A program made the translations under genes and the position numbers. The notes under the pieces were generated by a model. It was not told the origin of the DNA and made no database searches. It saw nothing but the letters and a program-made list of their open reading frames with translations. Source: Podospora anserina (lineage: Eukaryota). Taken from it: a stretch of DNA of 64,000 nt. Below, in pieces: positions 37,077 through 51,403 of the stretch. The stretch's first letter is position 1. Each line of letters begins with the position of its first letter. The DNA lies in assembly GCA_017654855.1 (NCBI GenBank), contig CM030332.1, positions 5,828,001-5,892,000 on the forward strand. Reading direction: 5' to 3'.

Positions 37077-37098
37077 GCACGGACACACACACATACAC
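37031..37098. repeat. (CA)n microsatellite
   Basis: Imperfect CA dinucleotide run. Confidence 0.9.
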
Positions 37099-37316
37099 GC
37101 CCTATTCCCCATACCATCCCTACCGTTGGTATTCGTCAACTATCGACCACTATTATAACCTCACTGCTGATCGTAGGCATTGCGTTTAGTTCTTTCTATT
37201 CTGCTAGCATATTAGATGTAAGTATCTGGTCTTACGTCTGATCTTATTTTTCTTTATTAACCCATCAGCGACTTCCAGGCAGCCTGAGGGTCGGTCAACC
37301 GGCTTCACTTCCCGAG

Positions 37317-40132
37317 ATGAATATCCCCCACGTGAATACGAATCCCCTGATGAAACAATATGCGGAAATATTCGAGCTCAGGCAGCTTGGCGAGGACAAC
37401 GAACAGCAATTACGCCGCAGACTTGATAGGGAAAGGATGGCCCTTAACGCCCGGTACCGAACCGACAGAGAGATGTATATCGCCTTGGAGGGTCATCCTG
37501 AGCTTCACGCTGGCGTAGAGAGGCTGTTGGAAGAGGTGACCACATACAAGAGCGAAGAGCTGGATCGTCAGTATTATGAGGATATTGCAGCCCTCAGAAA
37601 GCGCTATAAGGATCTGGAGGCCAGCAAGTGGCAGACCGTACTAAATATTGATGTACTTCCCTCAACCGCAAGCCTTCTTCCGGTGAGCATTTGCTGGAAA
37701 CACCATGGAGTTGATAATAACTTGCTAACCAGATACATCCAGATGTCCGCGGCTAAAAGGGCTCAGTCAGTCATGCCATCTTCAGCCGCCCCGTCCAACA
37801 AAGTCCAGGGGCTAATGGCTCCAAGAGTCTCTGGCTATGATCGAGGCTTCGGTGGCTCTTCAAAACTTATCAGGCACGGGCCTCAGACCATTGCATCACA
37901 CGATCTTTCTACCATACAGGCGAACGGATCGCGAAAAACTTCGGGGCCATCCATGCATGCCGACTCTGCATCGGTCTTGCCTTCCATATGGCCCGTTGAC
38001 CATCCCATGGCACAAATGCCTCCTGGACAACTCACCAGAAACGACCACCGTATCTTGCCGGGGACGCCAACCACTAACGGGTGGCTAAGATATCAAAATT
38101 ATGCTTCTGCATCCCCGGATAGAATCCCACCGCTCCATCCTTCTTACCTCAAGGGTGATGGGGCTGTGAACGGTTCAGCGACTGAACGCCAAGTTTTGCC
38201 TCCAATTCTTGGGCCTCAATCCTATCATCGTTGTCATGTGGATGAAACAGTACGTCCTGTGGAAACATGACTTTGGTCTTTGATAGTACTAACCCCGTGA
38301 AACAGCCTAAACGGAAAGCCACGCTCACGGATTCGGCCACTCCCGATGTTAAAAGGGTAAAGCAAGATCATCCCTCTAATAGTGCGGACCTCGACCGGTC
38401 AACGCCCACAGGCAATGAAGATGTTCGTCCACAGAGAACCGTTCACTTCAATGAGGTCTGGGGGAACGGGAACCCGGAGTACAAGCACATCATCATCCAG
38501 TTCCCCGACGGTGGAGATTACTACATCCTTCGCTGCGAAGAGCATGGTGTCAACTTTGGGGAGCATCCACTTCGAGGAGCTGCCAAGCACCTGGCCAGTG
38601 CTCAGCATGGACGCCTGTCGAAGGAGCACACCCAAGCTATCAGAAGACTCGGCTGGATTGTGGAAGGGTGTAATAAGTATTTGATGGCTATAAACAACAA
38701 GATGGTCATCAAAGCCTTCAAGAATGGTTACAAGCCTTTCAACGCCAATCAGCTCAACAAGGCCGAGAGGGCCAAGAATGGCTTACCTCAGCTTGATAAG
38801 CACGGGGTCCCTATCACCAGCCCACTGAGCACGACCGCAGCTACGCAGCGGAAACCGGGCTCTAGCATTCATAACCCAACCCCGGCCGGGCTTTACACGG
38901 GCTACTGCGTTACTGACCAACAGCAGCGCCCTGCTGTGGTTCGTCCGTGGGAACAAGATAATCTCAGCTTGGCTGGCATGACGACTGCTGACAGCCGCCG
39001 AACTAGTGTTTCGAACTATGATATGACAGAGGCCGACAAGCAACCATTGCACCCCAGCGCGCAGGCCATAGCTGCTCAAGCCCTTAGCAACCTACAGACC
39101 CCCTCGCGGAGTACTGGTCTCACAGCGATCAATTCCCGGAGCGCAGCATCCAGCGCCGAGCCCCCCTCACGACTAGCGACTTCCGAGCAGTCTCCAGCTG
39201 TTGTTGTGCGCAAGCGCAACCCGGCTAGCCTGCAGCACATTTTATGGCTGGATGGTGCGTCGGTTCATTTGGAGGCTCCTGCCCAGCCCAACAACGCACT
39301 CGGGACCCCGATTTTGTCACCACAGCCCCTGTCCTCGATAGTCGTCAACAGCGGGCCAATGGCTTCTCAGGGCGGGTCTGGTACACAGTTCACAGTCACG
39401 GAGCTTTCTTCTGACAGCCCGCCCTACCGAGTGAGGCGTGGGGACAATCCGGGCGACCCGATCCACATCTCTTCGCCACCCCTGCAAACTGAAGAAGTGG
39501 TTATGGGACTCACTTTACCAGAGCTTTCTGGGACTATTGGAGAGCAACTCGCAACTTTGATTAAGTTTGGCGTCTCTCACTGGCCTCGAGACGACTTGCT
39601 TCAGTTTAAATCCGGGGAAATGATCACGGGACGTATCCTACATGAGCTGTTGAGTTTGGAACTTAAACAGTTCGGAGAATACACCTTGGGAGTCCCACCT
39701 CAGAGGGCGGCAAAGGTCACGGCAGGAGAGAGTATTGTCAGTATTGTCATGCCATACAACGTTAACGATAATCACTGGGTTATTGCTATTATTGATAAGA
39801 AACGAAAGACGTTTACCGCTTACGGTATGACCGAGGATATGCTGAACGAGTACAAAGTAGCCTATCAAGATGCACTTGAAGTTGGCCACCTTGAGGCAAC
39901 TTTACATCCTCTCCAGGACTATACCGGTAACACCTGCGCCTTTCGGTGTTGTGATGCTTTAGCTAGGTACCTTGGGACACGACCAGCAATGATGCTAAAC
40001 CCGCTTTCTCTTCGATTATTCTACCTTCAACGCCTTTTGCAATCTCGCCTTTATGACAGCGTATCTGTCCCACGACCACCATATGGAAGGGGTGGGGATG
40101 GATCGGCAGACGACAGGCACCCAACCACCTAA
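37317..40132 (+). CDS. About 900-aa protein with C-terminal Ulp1/C48-like cysteine peptidase domain
   Basis: In-frame introns 37683-37742 and 38250-38305 join ORFs 37317 and 38267. C-terminus IVMPYNVNDNHWVIAIID...LQDYTGNTCAF (HW and Q-x6-C). Central Cys/His motif ILRCEEHG...AAKHL...H. Confidence 0.6.
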
Positions 40133-40244
40133 CACTGCTATGAGGCCACTTCTGGGATCCATTATCAGGGACTAGGCGAGGTGCAACTAGGTGACGGGGC
40201 TGGAGCGAGGGATGTGGGAGGCCAGAAACGAGCTCGAATATCCC

Positions 40245-40400
40245 GTAGGCTTAAGGAAGCATTTACCACTGCGCCTATCTTTTCCCACTTCGACCCCTCT
40301 CACGCTGACCACCAGAACTTGGCCTACTTTACGACGGCAAAAGTGCTAAATCGACGACAAGCAAGGTGGGCGCAAGAGCTTGCGGCCTACAACTTCATCA
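40245..40400 (+). mobile_element. Ty3/gypsy RT-RNase H fragment with internal deletion
   Basis: [16 protein letters not shown] fused directly to [30 protein letters not shown]. Confidence 0.75.
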
Positions 40401-40568
40401 TGTTAGATAGCTTACCTAGACTATAACAAACCCACATTATCTACTGTAGTTTGTGCATAAGGTACCACTGGTACCTGTAGTGGCGTGAGGAGTTTAGGTC
40501 CTTCCGGCGCCGGCGGCATGCCACTTTCACCCACTTCACACGAAAAAGGTAACGACAGCATTTGTGTA

Positions 40569-41053
40569 CTATGCAACATCAACAAAACATTTACCAAGCC
40601 CGCAATCTGGCTAGTGATTTTAACTCCTTGCTCTCACCCTCTGCTTACCTATCGACCGAGTGAAAATGCCCTTGCCCCCCACGCTCCGGTGCTCCTGGGC
40701 ACCCCTCCCCGCTTTGGCGTTGGAGTACGATCTGAGACTGCGATTCGATTCTAATTCAACCATGAAAAGTTCCCTGTTTTCTCAAGTCTCATTAATGTCG
40801 GGTGAGCCAGCTGCTTTTGACGAGAGTTACCAGCCTAGTTTTTAAAGCTCGTTCCGTCGAAGATAAACTAAACGGCAACATTATCCTTGGCCTGATCGTG
40901 ACGGCTGAAGCTGTCCTGTTGGGTCTCGGGAGCTGGAAGATTTTTGAGGGAATGACAATTGAGTTCGCCTGGCTCGCGGCTCTTCCCTTCTATCTCTGCC
41001 ACTTCCTCTCCGCCACTATAACGTTGCGGGGCATAGCACGGGCTGCGATGACT
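40569..41053. repeat. Deleted direct copy of 62471-63539
   Basis: Collinear match lacking 17 bp (ctgg microhomology) and 62740-63306. The 62-kb copy carries many C>T/G>A changes. Confidence 0.9.
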
Positions 41054-41117
41054 TGCTGAGATGGTCAGCACTTATCAAAGCGCAAACGTCCCTAATCGCG
41101 GCGTCCTCCTTTATCAT

Positions 41118-42750
41118 CTGGGCTGCTTTTTTTCTGGGTGCTGGAGCTGACCAAAACTCTGCCTGTCCACAGTGTACCTTTCATCCCGCGCACAGGCTCC
41201 CCAGACTGCCACTGCCACGCTCAACAGACAAGCCAGCAACGACCTCCTTTCTCCTGCATCGTGCCCGTCACTTTCTCCATCACCCTCCCCTTACGCGCGC
41301 TCAGTGTCTTCCGACGACAGCTTCTGCGATCCACGCAATCTGACTGTCGGCTCTGTCAATTCCACTCTTGCTCCAGAATTTGCGGCTCTCCCCGCTTTTT
41401 GCCTGGGTGAGGAAGAGGATCAAAAATTCGTGCTCAGGGGCGATTCGTTTATCAGCTCCCACAACGCGTCCACCATCTTCACTAGCCAGGACCTGCACCG
41501 CACCCTTCCCTCCAGCTTCACTACTGGTGACCTGTCAGACTTTGACTCTGACGACGAGTTCCAAGGCCTTGCCATCTTGAGCGAAGCCCTCGTGTCCCAG
41601 GCCAGCAGCCGGTCGCGTTCCTGCAGCGAGACCAGCTTCAAGTGCGAGGAAGACTTTGAGGACAGCGACTCCTTTGCTGCCAGCTACCTGCCCAGCCCAC
41701 CAAGCTCGTGCGAGGACGCCGACGAGCATCAACCCAAGAGGCAAAAGAAGTCTGCCGACAGCTGCTGCAGCAAGTCCACCATGAACGCCGCTGCTGAGGC
41801 CGAGGCCTAATCAGGGGCTGCTCAGGACCAGTCCCAGACCCCGGCCAACCAGGACAACACCACCAGCGAGGCCCAAAACAACAACTCGGGTGCCAACTCC
41901 GCTTCTCCCGATACCGCTGACACCCCCTCCGGCACCCCCGCTGCTCCCACCAACCGCCGTGGTCGCAAGCAGTCCTTGACCGAGGATCCCTCCAAGACCT
42001 TCGTCTGCGAGCAGTGCAACCGCCGGTTCCGCCGCCAGGAACACCTCAAGCGTCACTACCGTTCTCTCCCACACCGAGGACAAGCCCTTCGAGTGCCACG
42101 AGTGCGGCAAGAAGTTCTCTCGCTCTGACAACCTTTCCCAGCATGCCCGCACCTACGGAGCCGGTGCCATCTCTCTCGACCTTCTCGATGGCTCCGACAT
42201 GGCTGCCGCCGCCGCCGCCGGTCACCTAGGTCAAGGGTATCCACACCCTCACGGCATTTCTCTTGCTCCCGACTACCACACGCTCGGCCATGTGTTGTTC
42301 CAAATTAGTGCTGAGATCCCAGGCAGCGAGTCGTCGTCGGATGAGAGCACCGAGTCCAGCAGGAAGAAGCGCAAGAGGTCAGAGTAATGGAACGCAAAAC
42401 TTGCTCGATCAGCCTTTTATCTATTCAATTCTCTGCACACTCTTCATAATGTCGGTGGTTCTCGCATTAGAACGTACCGTCGCCATTGATGCCCGGACAT
42501 GACTGCCACGACGCGTTGTTTCATCGGGCCTGGGTCAACACATCAACATTTACATATATACACTGGGGGTTTGCTCTTTTTCATCAAGATAAAGCGAGGC
42601 GGTGGGACACCATTTGGGATTCTTTTTTCATGGCGCAGACGTTTTAACGCCTTTTGGCAGGAACTCAGCAGGCAAAAAGGATGGGTTGGTGTTTGTTTGT
42701 TATTTTATATCTTTTTTAGTCTTCATGTGTGTGACATTTGTTTTTTTGTA
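41118..42750 (+). pseudogene. Truncated inverted duplicate of the Seb1-like gene (exon 2 plus 3' UTR)
   Basis: Reverse complement of 58184-59815. Starts inside the intron. CAA>TAA at 41808, +1 C near 42069, and His>Tyr in the second zinc finger. Confidence 0.92.
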
Positions 42751-44599
42751 TCAATGTCCACAAACACTTCATGTACCACCACCAACTTCCGCTCTGCACC
42801 CGCGCCTTCGTACCCTTCCAGGAGAAGGACGAAAAGCTTTACATCGCTACGAGGAATTCTTTCCAGTATCTTCTCATGGTAATAACTTCGTCTAGCAAAC
42901 CACTATAATTCAATATCTCTCAAAATCAATAACCAGACCACTTTTATCGTTTGCATCGTGGTTGATATTGCAGTATCTGTTATTTCCACCATCATCTATA
43001 TAATGTTGCAGCAAGACTCCAAGAAACAGCTTCTCCGCTTCCAACAGCGCATTGAGTAAGGAAGATTTATAATACTGTTCAGTGTAAGTTTATTACTAAC
43101 GATATCGTGGATTATAAAGTTAACTTTTATATAGCTAGGTTTGAACGGCGGTCTTAATAAATTGCGGAGTTATTTGGTCGGTCTCTTCTTTCCATTCATG
43201 TGGAGGATTATGGCGGTATTACTCTTATCGCTAAAGACTACGAGGTTCAATGGAAGGATCTTCGGTCTCTTTACCTGCTGAAAGAGCATACTAAATACAA
43301 TAGCGCGCAAATCAGAGGATGTTTATAGAGATAGAAACAATATTCGTTTATGCCCAGTGTACCTATCCCACAACTACCTAAGCTAAATGTGCCGATGAAA
43401 ATTGAAACGTTGGGATGATATATAAAGCTAAACCCAGAGATTTTACTGCATGAGAAGAATTATAGATGGAAATCCGCTTCCAGACCCCTTCTCCTATTCA
43501 TGCATGATAATCTCGAGTCCACATGGATCCCCCTCGTATGTAGAGAGGAGGCTCTCGCTCGCGCCATGCTCTGCGAGAGCCCGGCGAAATAATTCGAGTT
43601 GCTCAACACTAGGGTGAGGTGTATCGTGACCGTCATTGCATTCTTCAAGTTCGCAGAGGTCAATCCGGTGTATAACATATTTGAGGTCGTCGATTGTGGC
43701 ATTAAAAGCCACTTCATCATCTTCGGATTCAGTGTTCAACACTCCCATAACCTGCTCTATTGTCGAGTCGTTGTCGGTCAGATCCGGCAAGTATGCGGCA
43801 CCGCCGTGGCCACGATCGGGGGAGGGCACCCTCGAGTTGTTCTGGTCAAGGTCGTAAAGGAATGCCATCGAGTTGTCTTATGGGATGTATTCTGGGGTTC
43901 TTGTTAAATAAGTGATTGTCAATTGAAACTCTGAAATGGGTAGGAAGAGTCTTACTAGTAGAATCTTGACCAAGAGAGCCCCAATGGCAAGGGTTAGACT
44001 GGAATGGAGACCTTCGAGGAAGGACGACTCAGCAGGTCAAGAGATCCAAATACAGGCACACACTCCACCCTCTTGTGTCTCGCATGTCTCGCACTAGTGA
44101 AGAGAGGGAACTTATGCATGTTTGTGAAAATGACGAAGGAAACCTGGAATGTGCCATGCCGCTGCCGATCTTTGTGATATCTGATATCAGTGGGGGGGTT
44201 GGGGGCGGGGTTGGCAGGGGCTTAGTGGCAGGGATTTCTGCAGTAGGAGAAACCGCATGCGCACCGTCTCGTAAGGTCTTCACCCAACCTGAACGGTATA
44301 CCCCGCACTGCTTGAGAGGTCCTGCCATGGCGTGGTTCGCCACATCCTCATTGATGACGATAGAGAGATGTTCCGTACCACCAGCATCAAGATCATCTGC
44401 AACAAGCTCAAGGCTCGGTTCAAGCCAGACTACTCGCAAGCAATGGACGTTCTCAAGTCGCCCAAATTCAACCTGTACGACATCTACGCTGGCAGAAATA
44501 TCAGAAATCCAGACCAATCATGTAGATGTTAGGTCGAGCTGGACGTCCTTTTGTCGTTTTTTTCTTTTTCTGATAGAGCAAGTGTTGGTGGTGAGAGTG

Positions 44600-45700
44600 T
44601 TGGGAGACGGAATAGGCAATGGCCGTCTGACTGCAGGAGACTGGGACAAGACTCTAACTTACACGAATGTCTTTCACACCGACGTCTTAATGGTTACTTT
44701 GTTGCTGGGAAACTTAAGGGATGCTCTGGAGAAAACGGTCTACTTAAGGCGCATTTTAGAGGCAAAATGTGCAGTTCGGGACGGTGTTGAGTATTTTGAA
44801 CCTATTGGCGGTCATATCGAGTTTGTTGACGTTGGCTTTGCCTACTCCGATAATAAGATGGTCCTGAAGAACTGCAATTTGTCTTTCCAGCCTGGTAAAA
44901 TAACTGCGGTTGTGGGTCCATCTGGGGTTGGGAAGTCGACTATACTTAAGCTGATATTGAGAGCCTACGATCCGCATACCGGCTTCGTTAAGATTGATGG
45001 GCAAGACATCAGGAAACTTCGTCTTAATGCGTAAGTGACTTACCAACCCGCTAATGTACTGAGACTAAGACCAGGATGTGTCTAGCCTGCGGTATCGGAT
45101 AGCGGTTATGGAACAAGAGCCGTATCTCTTTAACAGAACTATTCTGGAAAATGTGAGATATGGGAAGTAAGGCGCTACAGACAAAGAGGTCCACGAGGCT
45201 TGCAAGAAGGTCAACATCCATGATTGTATCACGAGTCGCCAGAAAGGGTACCAGGAAGTAATCGACCATGGACGGTAAGTTTAAATTACATTTATGGCGT
45301 GGAACGATATTAATCGAGTGCAACTTAGGGGATGGTCGGGCGGGGAGAGACAAAGGTTTGGACTAGCTCGCTTGTTTGTCCAAACCCCCGATATTGTTTT
45401 TATAGACGAGGGAACCAGTGCAATCGATCCCGACACTAAGACGCAAATAAACATCAACTTAAGAGAGTTGTTTCAAGGGAAAACAACAATTATTATTGCG
45501 TATGTACCTATATCTTTTTAAGAAGGTCACTACTAAATAGCCGACTGCTTCTAGGCACCGATTATCCTTAGTCAGACACGCCCACAACATATTACGGTTA
45601 TCAAGTAATGGGCAAGTCTATGAAGAGGGAACTCATAAAGACCTTATGGATAAGAAAGGTGGTTATTATTCACTTTTTCAGCAGCATCGTAGTAATGAAT
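44600..45700 (+). pseudogene. ABC half-transporter (ABCB, HMT1/ATM1-like) 3' part
   Basis: IEFVDVGFAY, Walker A GPSGVGKST, SGGERQR, VFIDEGTSAID. Stops and frameshifts; no 5' half adjacent. Confidence 0.75.
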
Positions 45701-46997
45701 AAGATGGAGTTTCTATACGGTGGGACCTGGTCGTCGGGAATGTCACGCGTCAAACTGATATCGCCGGTATCATTGCGTTCCAGGAGGCGCATTGTCGAAA
45801 ACCCGCCGAGCTCAGCTCTCGTAGCATGGAGAATGGGTCATGCAAGGTTTTGCGAGGCTTCTTTGGCTGCCTCACGTGTTTAGCGGTGGAAACACGAATA
45901 TGCCTTAGGCCTTTGCAGTCAAAAAGGAATCTGTTGTTTGCCCGTATGACTATTCGACAGCGGGAAAAGCCGAGCAGGTGCGCGGGAGACGGACGGAACT
46001 AGCAGGCTCAACAAATCAGTAGCTGAAACCAGGATACGCTCTCAGATATAGACAAGAATTACCTGCCCCGAATGATTGTTGAGAAGCGTAGTGCAAAACT
46101 CGGTAGGTTCGATTGTTGCTGTTTCCAAAGGTCGACAACCCCGCACATCAGGCATTTTGCTGACGTTGGTGCCCAAGCGGTTGGCGTCAACTGCGCATAC
46201 TGGAAGCATTGTCATTGGCGTTGCTTTGCTGGCGCGCATGAAGATGTCCCTTTGGAGGCCGTCGTTTTGCCCCATCGTTTCGTTCTCTTACACCTCAGCT
46301 TCTCAGCCCCCTACCGCCGGTATCCAGAAGCTGTCTAGATCTTACAGGACTACAGCATATCACCCCGACATCAAAGATCCCAATACCCGAGATTTGTGGC
46401 TAGGCCAGAGGGCCTAGGCTGTGCCGCAGTGTCCAGCACAAACGCGCAGGCTTCAATCCTGGTCATAGTTACCCAGGCCAGTGCCGTATTTTTGTTGCCA
46501 TTAAACGTTTGCCAAATTCGTCGATAGGGATTATTCCGTGGCCAAACCTCCAGCAGCATTTTTTCGAATCGAAGCAGTAAGGGTCCCCGTTTAGAAAGAC
46601 GTAAAATTCCGAATTAAGCTGTTCCGAAAGCTGCCTAACTCCAGAACAGCCCTGGCAATACCAAAGACCTCCGGGGAATCCCCCGGCGGCCGCACCTCGC
46701 ACTACGGCGGCTATGCAGGAGTCGGCAATGCAGGGTTATTGGCTACGATACTGGGATCTGTTTGGAGGAAACAGGAGGTTGGAGCGTGTTTCCAGGGCAT
46801 GGGGGGCTGGAGCATGTTTTTAGACCAGGATACCATGTGGTACTGTGTTGGTGCCTTTATCCATCAATAAGAACGTCGACAATCGCGCCTCCCTTGCCCC
46901 CATGTACGTTTCCTACTCTCTCATTTTTTCGTCCTTGTCCTTCTGACGACGCCGAGTCCATTCCAGCTGCTTGCTTCACCGAGAAACACCAATCGAT

Positions 46998-49645
46998 ATG
47001 GCCGTCGGACTGGAGCCGTGGATTTACACCCTCCGGAGTTATTGCGCCTCGGCCGTCTTCGTCACCCTCTTATTCGCAGCACCTATTCTCTCGTCCTTTG
47101 GCGTCGCGGACGCTAAAAGCTATAAACACCCGTCCGGCTTTCGACCGCTTCTTGTCTCCCTGTTCTTGCTCTACCTCGGCGATATTGCTGTACTCGTTAT
47201 CGAGGCGCAGAGCCGAGGCGAGCTCCCTGATACTGTCGCCTTAATTTCTATAAGTATCTTTGCCTTCACTAGCGTTATTTAACTGGAAAAACTTGCTACA
47301 CTGGAGAAAGTGCAATTCTCCGTCTCCTGTATCTATCTCGGATCCTGGTTTCTTCTCTTTACCGTCGAGTTCTTTACCATCATCTGGCTCTGGTCGCGAC
47401 CTTCCGCTGCACTCTTCCCGTACCCGCAATTCGGCATCGTTTTTACTACTGTGGAGCTCCTGGCATATATTGCACTCTCCTCCCTCTTCTATCATGCCTG
47501 CTGCGAGAGATATGAGAGCCTGACCCAGTCCGATATCGAAAACGCTGCTTCCGAGAGCACCGGATACGGCGGCGATGATGACGAGTCCGAGTGGGATAGC
47601 AATGGCTATAAGGCTGATCCCCTTGGAATTCGGATGGAGGTACGGAAGGAAGTCGGCGAGCTCGGCGGATGGTAGCCCTTCATTAAAAAGTTCCGCATCT
47701 TTCTCGAATTCATGTGGCCATTCGACAATGCCCTCCTACAGCTACGATTTATCCTGACGTTGTTCTTCGTCATGGCGGGACGCGTCATCAGCGTCTATCA
47801 GCCGCTACAGACTACCCTTCTTCTCGACGCTCTCGCTTCGGGTACCGACCCTTGGCGTCCCCTTGCGGTTATAATAACTATCGACTTTGCCGACACTGTC
47901 TGCTCCTTCATCGTTAAACTGCTATGGATCGACGTCGGTCTCTACCGCGACGAGAAGCTTAAAGTCAAGGTCCAGTCCTATATTATGAGTTTGGATTTCT
48001 CGTTTCACTCGTAAGCCTAACCGACAGATGTAATCAAGGCTGTCGACAACGCAGGCAGTGTTGACACGCTACTCGACTCCTTTATCTTCGAATTCTGGAT
48101 GAATCTGGTAACCTTCGTCGTCGCCATAGTCCAAATGTTCCACCGGTATGGGCTGTACGTGGTACTCGTCTGTAGCCACACAGCACTCTACTATTGCATC
48201 GTCGAAAAACAATATGTGACGGTGGCTGCCGCAGAACACGACAAGTGCAATACGCTCCGAGACGAACAGGAGCGTCGTCGTCAGGGTAGCGTACGTGGAT
48301 GGAGTACTGTGTCCAATCACAACCAGGCCAATTACGAGACCGGTTTTTTTAGTTTAGCCGTGAGGTCCTGGATGTCATAACGGCGACGATATCAGATGAT
48401 TTGCTATGGTTTTAATGCCACACAGTCCGCCATACTCTTCTTTGGGTTTGCTACTTGCTTTGCGTTTGTTATATATAAGGTTTAATCCGGAGAGGGCCCT
48501 ATTAGTAATCTGGTTGCATTTACCGGCCTTTGGGGTTTCCTTTTAAGCCCTATCGACTACTTTACGTCTATCGTTTTAGACATGATCGAGGATCTCCTTA
48601 ACACCGTTCGTTTGAGAAGAATCCTAAAATGGGAGCTATCTACACAGAAGGGTGATTAAAACCTGAAGTACGATATAGGGAAGATAGAGTTTTAGGGCGT
48701 TTCTTTTTCCTATCTAGGGTCGAACCGGCTGATTATCGACAATCTGAGTATGGTGATCGAAGGGGGCTTAATAGTTGCTTTTGTTGGGCCGAGCGGCTTA
48801 GGGAAGTCTACGATGTGTAACCTCTTGATGGGGAACCTCACCCCTACCGCGGGTACCATCTTTATCGATGACCAGGATATTAGGACGCTTAAGAAAGACT
48901 CGTAAGTCTACCGGCATTTTATTTAATGAAGATACCTGAACTAAATGCTTCTTAGATTACGCGACTATATCGCGATGATGTCCCAGAATCCATATATCTT
49001 TAACAGTACGGTCTTGTATAATGTGAAGTACGCGAATCTGGGTGCCACAGATGAAGAGATATATGAGGCCTGCCGCAAGGCAGGCATCCACGAGACCATT
49101 ATCTCTCGTAAGGGCGGGTATAATACGTTGATGGGGGAGGACGGATAGTAGGTTACCTTTGTTGCTGCGAAATATAGGCTTAAACGCCACTTTCGGCTAC
49201 TAACCACTGGTCTGATGTAGGAACTTCTCTGGTGGCGAGCGGCAGCGTATCCTACTCTCTCGCCTATTTCTCAACAAGACTGCTAAGGTCAAGCTTATTG
49301 ACGAAGGGACTAGTGCCTTGGACGCTGAGACCGAGGCGGGTATCAAGCAGAGTATCGAGGAAGGGCTTGCCGATGAGACGGTGATACTTGTTGCGTGAGT
49401 CTCCTTCCCTAACTAACTTCGATGTGCTTCAACTAATTATCCCTATCTGGTGTCTCAGGCATCGGTTATCCTCCGTCAGGCACGCCGATCTGATCTTCGT
49501 GTTCGGCACAAACGGTAAGATCATGGAAAGCGGTACTCACGATGAGCTTGTGGCAAAGGATGGCGAGTATGCTAAGTTGTGGAAGATGCATATTGGTGAG
49601 AAGATCGGGGGGGACACTGGTGATCTTATTGACGTGTTAGCCTAA
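46998..49645 (+). pseudogene. HMT1-like ABC half-transporter, RIP-inactivated
   Basis: N-terminal TM region, GPSGLGKST, SGGERQR, LIDEGTSALD, HRLSSV. Repeated in-frame TAA/TAG stops (about 47280, 47673, 48378 and others). Confidence 0.85.
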
Positions 49646-50496
49646 GTCAGGGGCACCCGGGGGTGGAGGAAGGGCACGTCACGCTAGGCCGCAGCTGATC
49701 TGTCATGGTGGGCGGGATAAGTTGGCGCATAATAAGACTCTGAGCTTATGCTGCCATATCCCTTTAAAAAATAGAATGCACAGTTCGGCAGTTTGAACTT
49801 GGAATTGAGAATCTGAGCGAGTTGAAGAATTTCTAATTATTGTCGACGATTAGAATTCTTATATTACACTCGCTACACACATTCCTTAAAGAAGTACTGT
49901 TTTGTTTAATTGCACTCTAATCTTGATTGTAGTATTATACTTTAGTCGTTTTCGGCACATTTACTAAGGAGCGGATTTTGGCGCCTGAATTCCCTATAGC
50001 TTGACAAACTTGCGTTATCCGATTTCGTTTTCTTAGGACCGTCACAACGACGGATCCGGTGATCGCCTTTGTAGTTGCAGTTGTTGCGATGCTCATAAAT
50101 AGCCCCGGGGCCTTCCTTCGAGCAGAAGGAGGCTACATTCCAATTGTTCTTCTTACATACCCTCTACATGAGAGACCCTATCATCTTGATTGTGACGACT
50201 CCTTGTTCAAACCCCTTTGACGTTGCGATCCTGGTGCTACCTAGCCAAAGGCCAGCGTTACAACCTTCCTCTCTTCATTCGAGCAGTCGCAAATACGAAT
50301 CGAGCAACGGATTACGGCATTAAAAAACTCGGATGATAGCAGGGATGCAGCTGCTAATAATTGTCAGGTTAGAGGCACTACACGACGACAGACGAAGAGG
50401 CAGGCCTGAAATCTTCGACGTAAATCGCTATCCACTCCTTATTCTTAAAACAAACCACTTTAGATTTATGCGACTTCGGCATCCCCCTCCCCTCTC

Positions 50497-51403
50497 TCAG
50501 GGGCGTATAGATTCTGCCAGAGTATCTCTAGACGGTGAGGTTGTTGGGTTGATATGTAACAGAAGGGAGGGAGAAACCCAATCCGCATAGACCAAACCTC
50601 CGCCTAACTGCTTGTCAGCTTGCAACTTAGATCCAAGCTTGCTCTCAATGAGTTTGTGTGCCGCGAGTGGCTGAAATCCATTTTCTCGCAGCCCGCAGCC
50701 TGTCCCATTCGTTATTTGAGTACCACCATCGAAACCATTGATGTGGTCCGCTCTCGGAGTTCCCAAGTCGTAGTCCATTCCCGGGGGTATCTGTCCGCCC
50801 ATCATCATTATTGTATTCTCCATCTTACCAGGGGTCATACTATTAGACGTAAACTTTGAGGCCTGATTGTAGACGCTGTTTGTACCCCTGAAAGCCGCGA
50901 AAGTAGGATTTCGGAAGTTTAAGTCTGACAGGCGGAAGAGTAGAATCGTTAGTTTATTTATTATCTTTCGGTATATCCCGGTTATAGTAAGGCGGAATAG
51001 GGGAACTTTAGTTGTATATAACCTACCCTGTTGATTCCATATCGCTTGGATCCCTGTTTATGAAGGCGGCTACTGCCTTAGAAAAGTGTTCTTGAAAACG
51101 GTGTTTTGAGCGTGCTGTTTTCTGCGGAAGGAGAGGATAAAGATACGTTAGCCTTGTAATAGGGGAATAAAAAGAGGTTTGAAGGTACCTTGTCCTCCTT
51201 TTGCTCGTTGGGATCTGGCACTGCGCTTTAAAATGATGGCAGTTCGTACACAGCATTTTCGTAGTAGCGTTGCACCGGACCTTACGACGCCAGCATTCTT
51301 CGCAAGCCCTTACAGCACGGTGTTTCTTCCCGCTGTTACCGGCAGCTGGCTGGCTACTGCGCTCCGGCTTCAAAGCTGAGCCGAACGATGATTGACGCTG
51401 CAT
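50497..51403 (-). pseudogene. Zn2Cys6 transcription factor remnant
   Basis: RACEECWRRKVRC...CTNCHHFKAQC binuclear cluster. The rest is broken and short. Confidence 0.6.
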
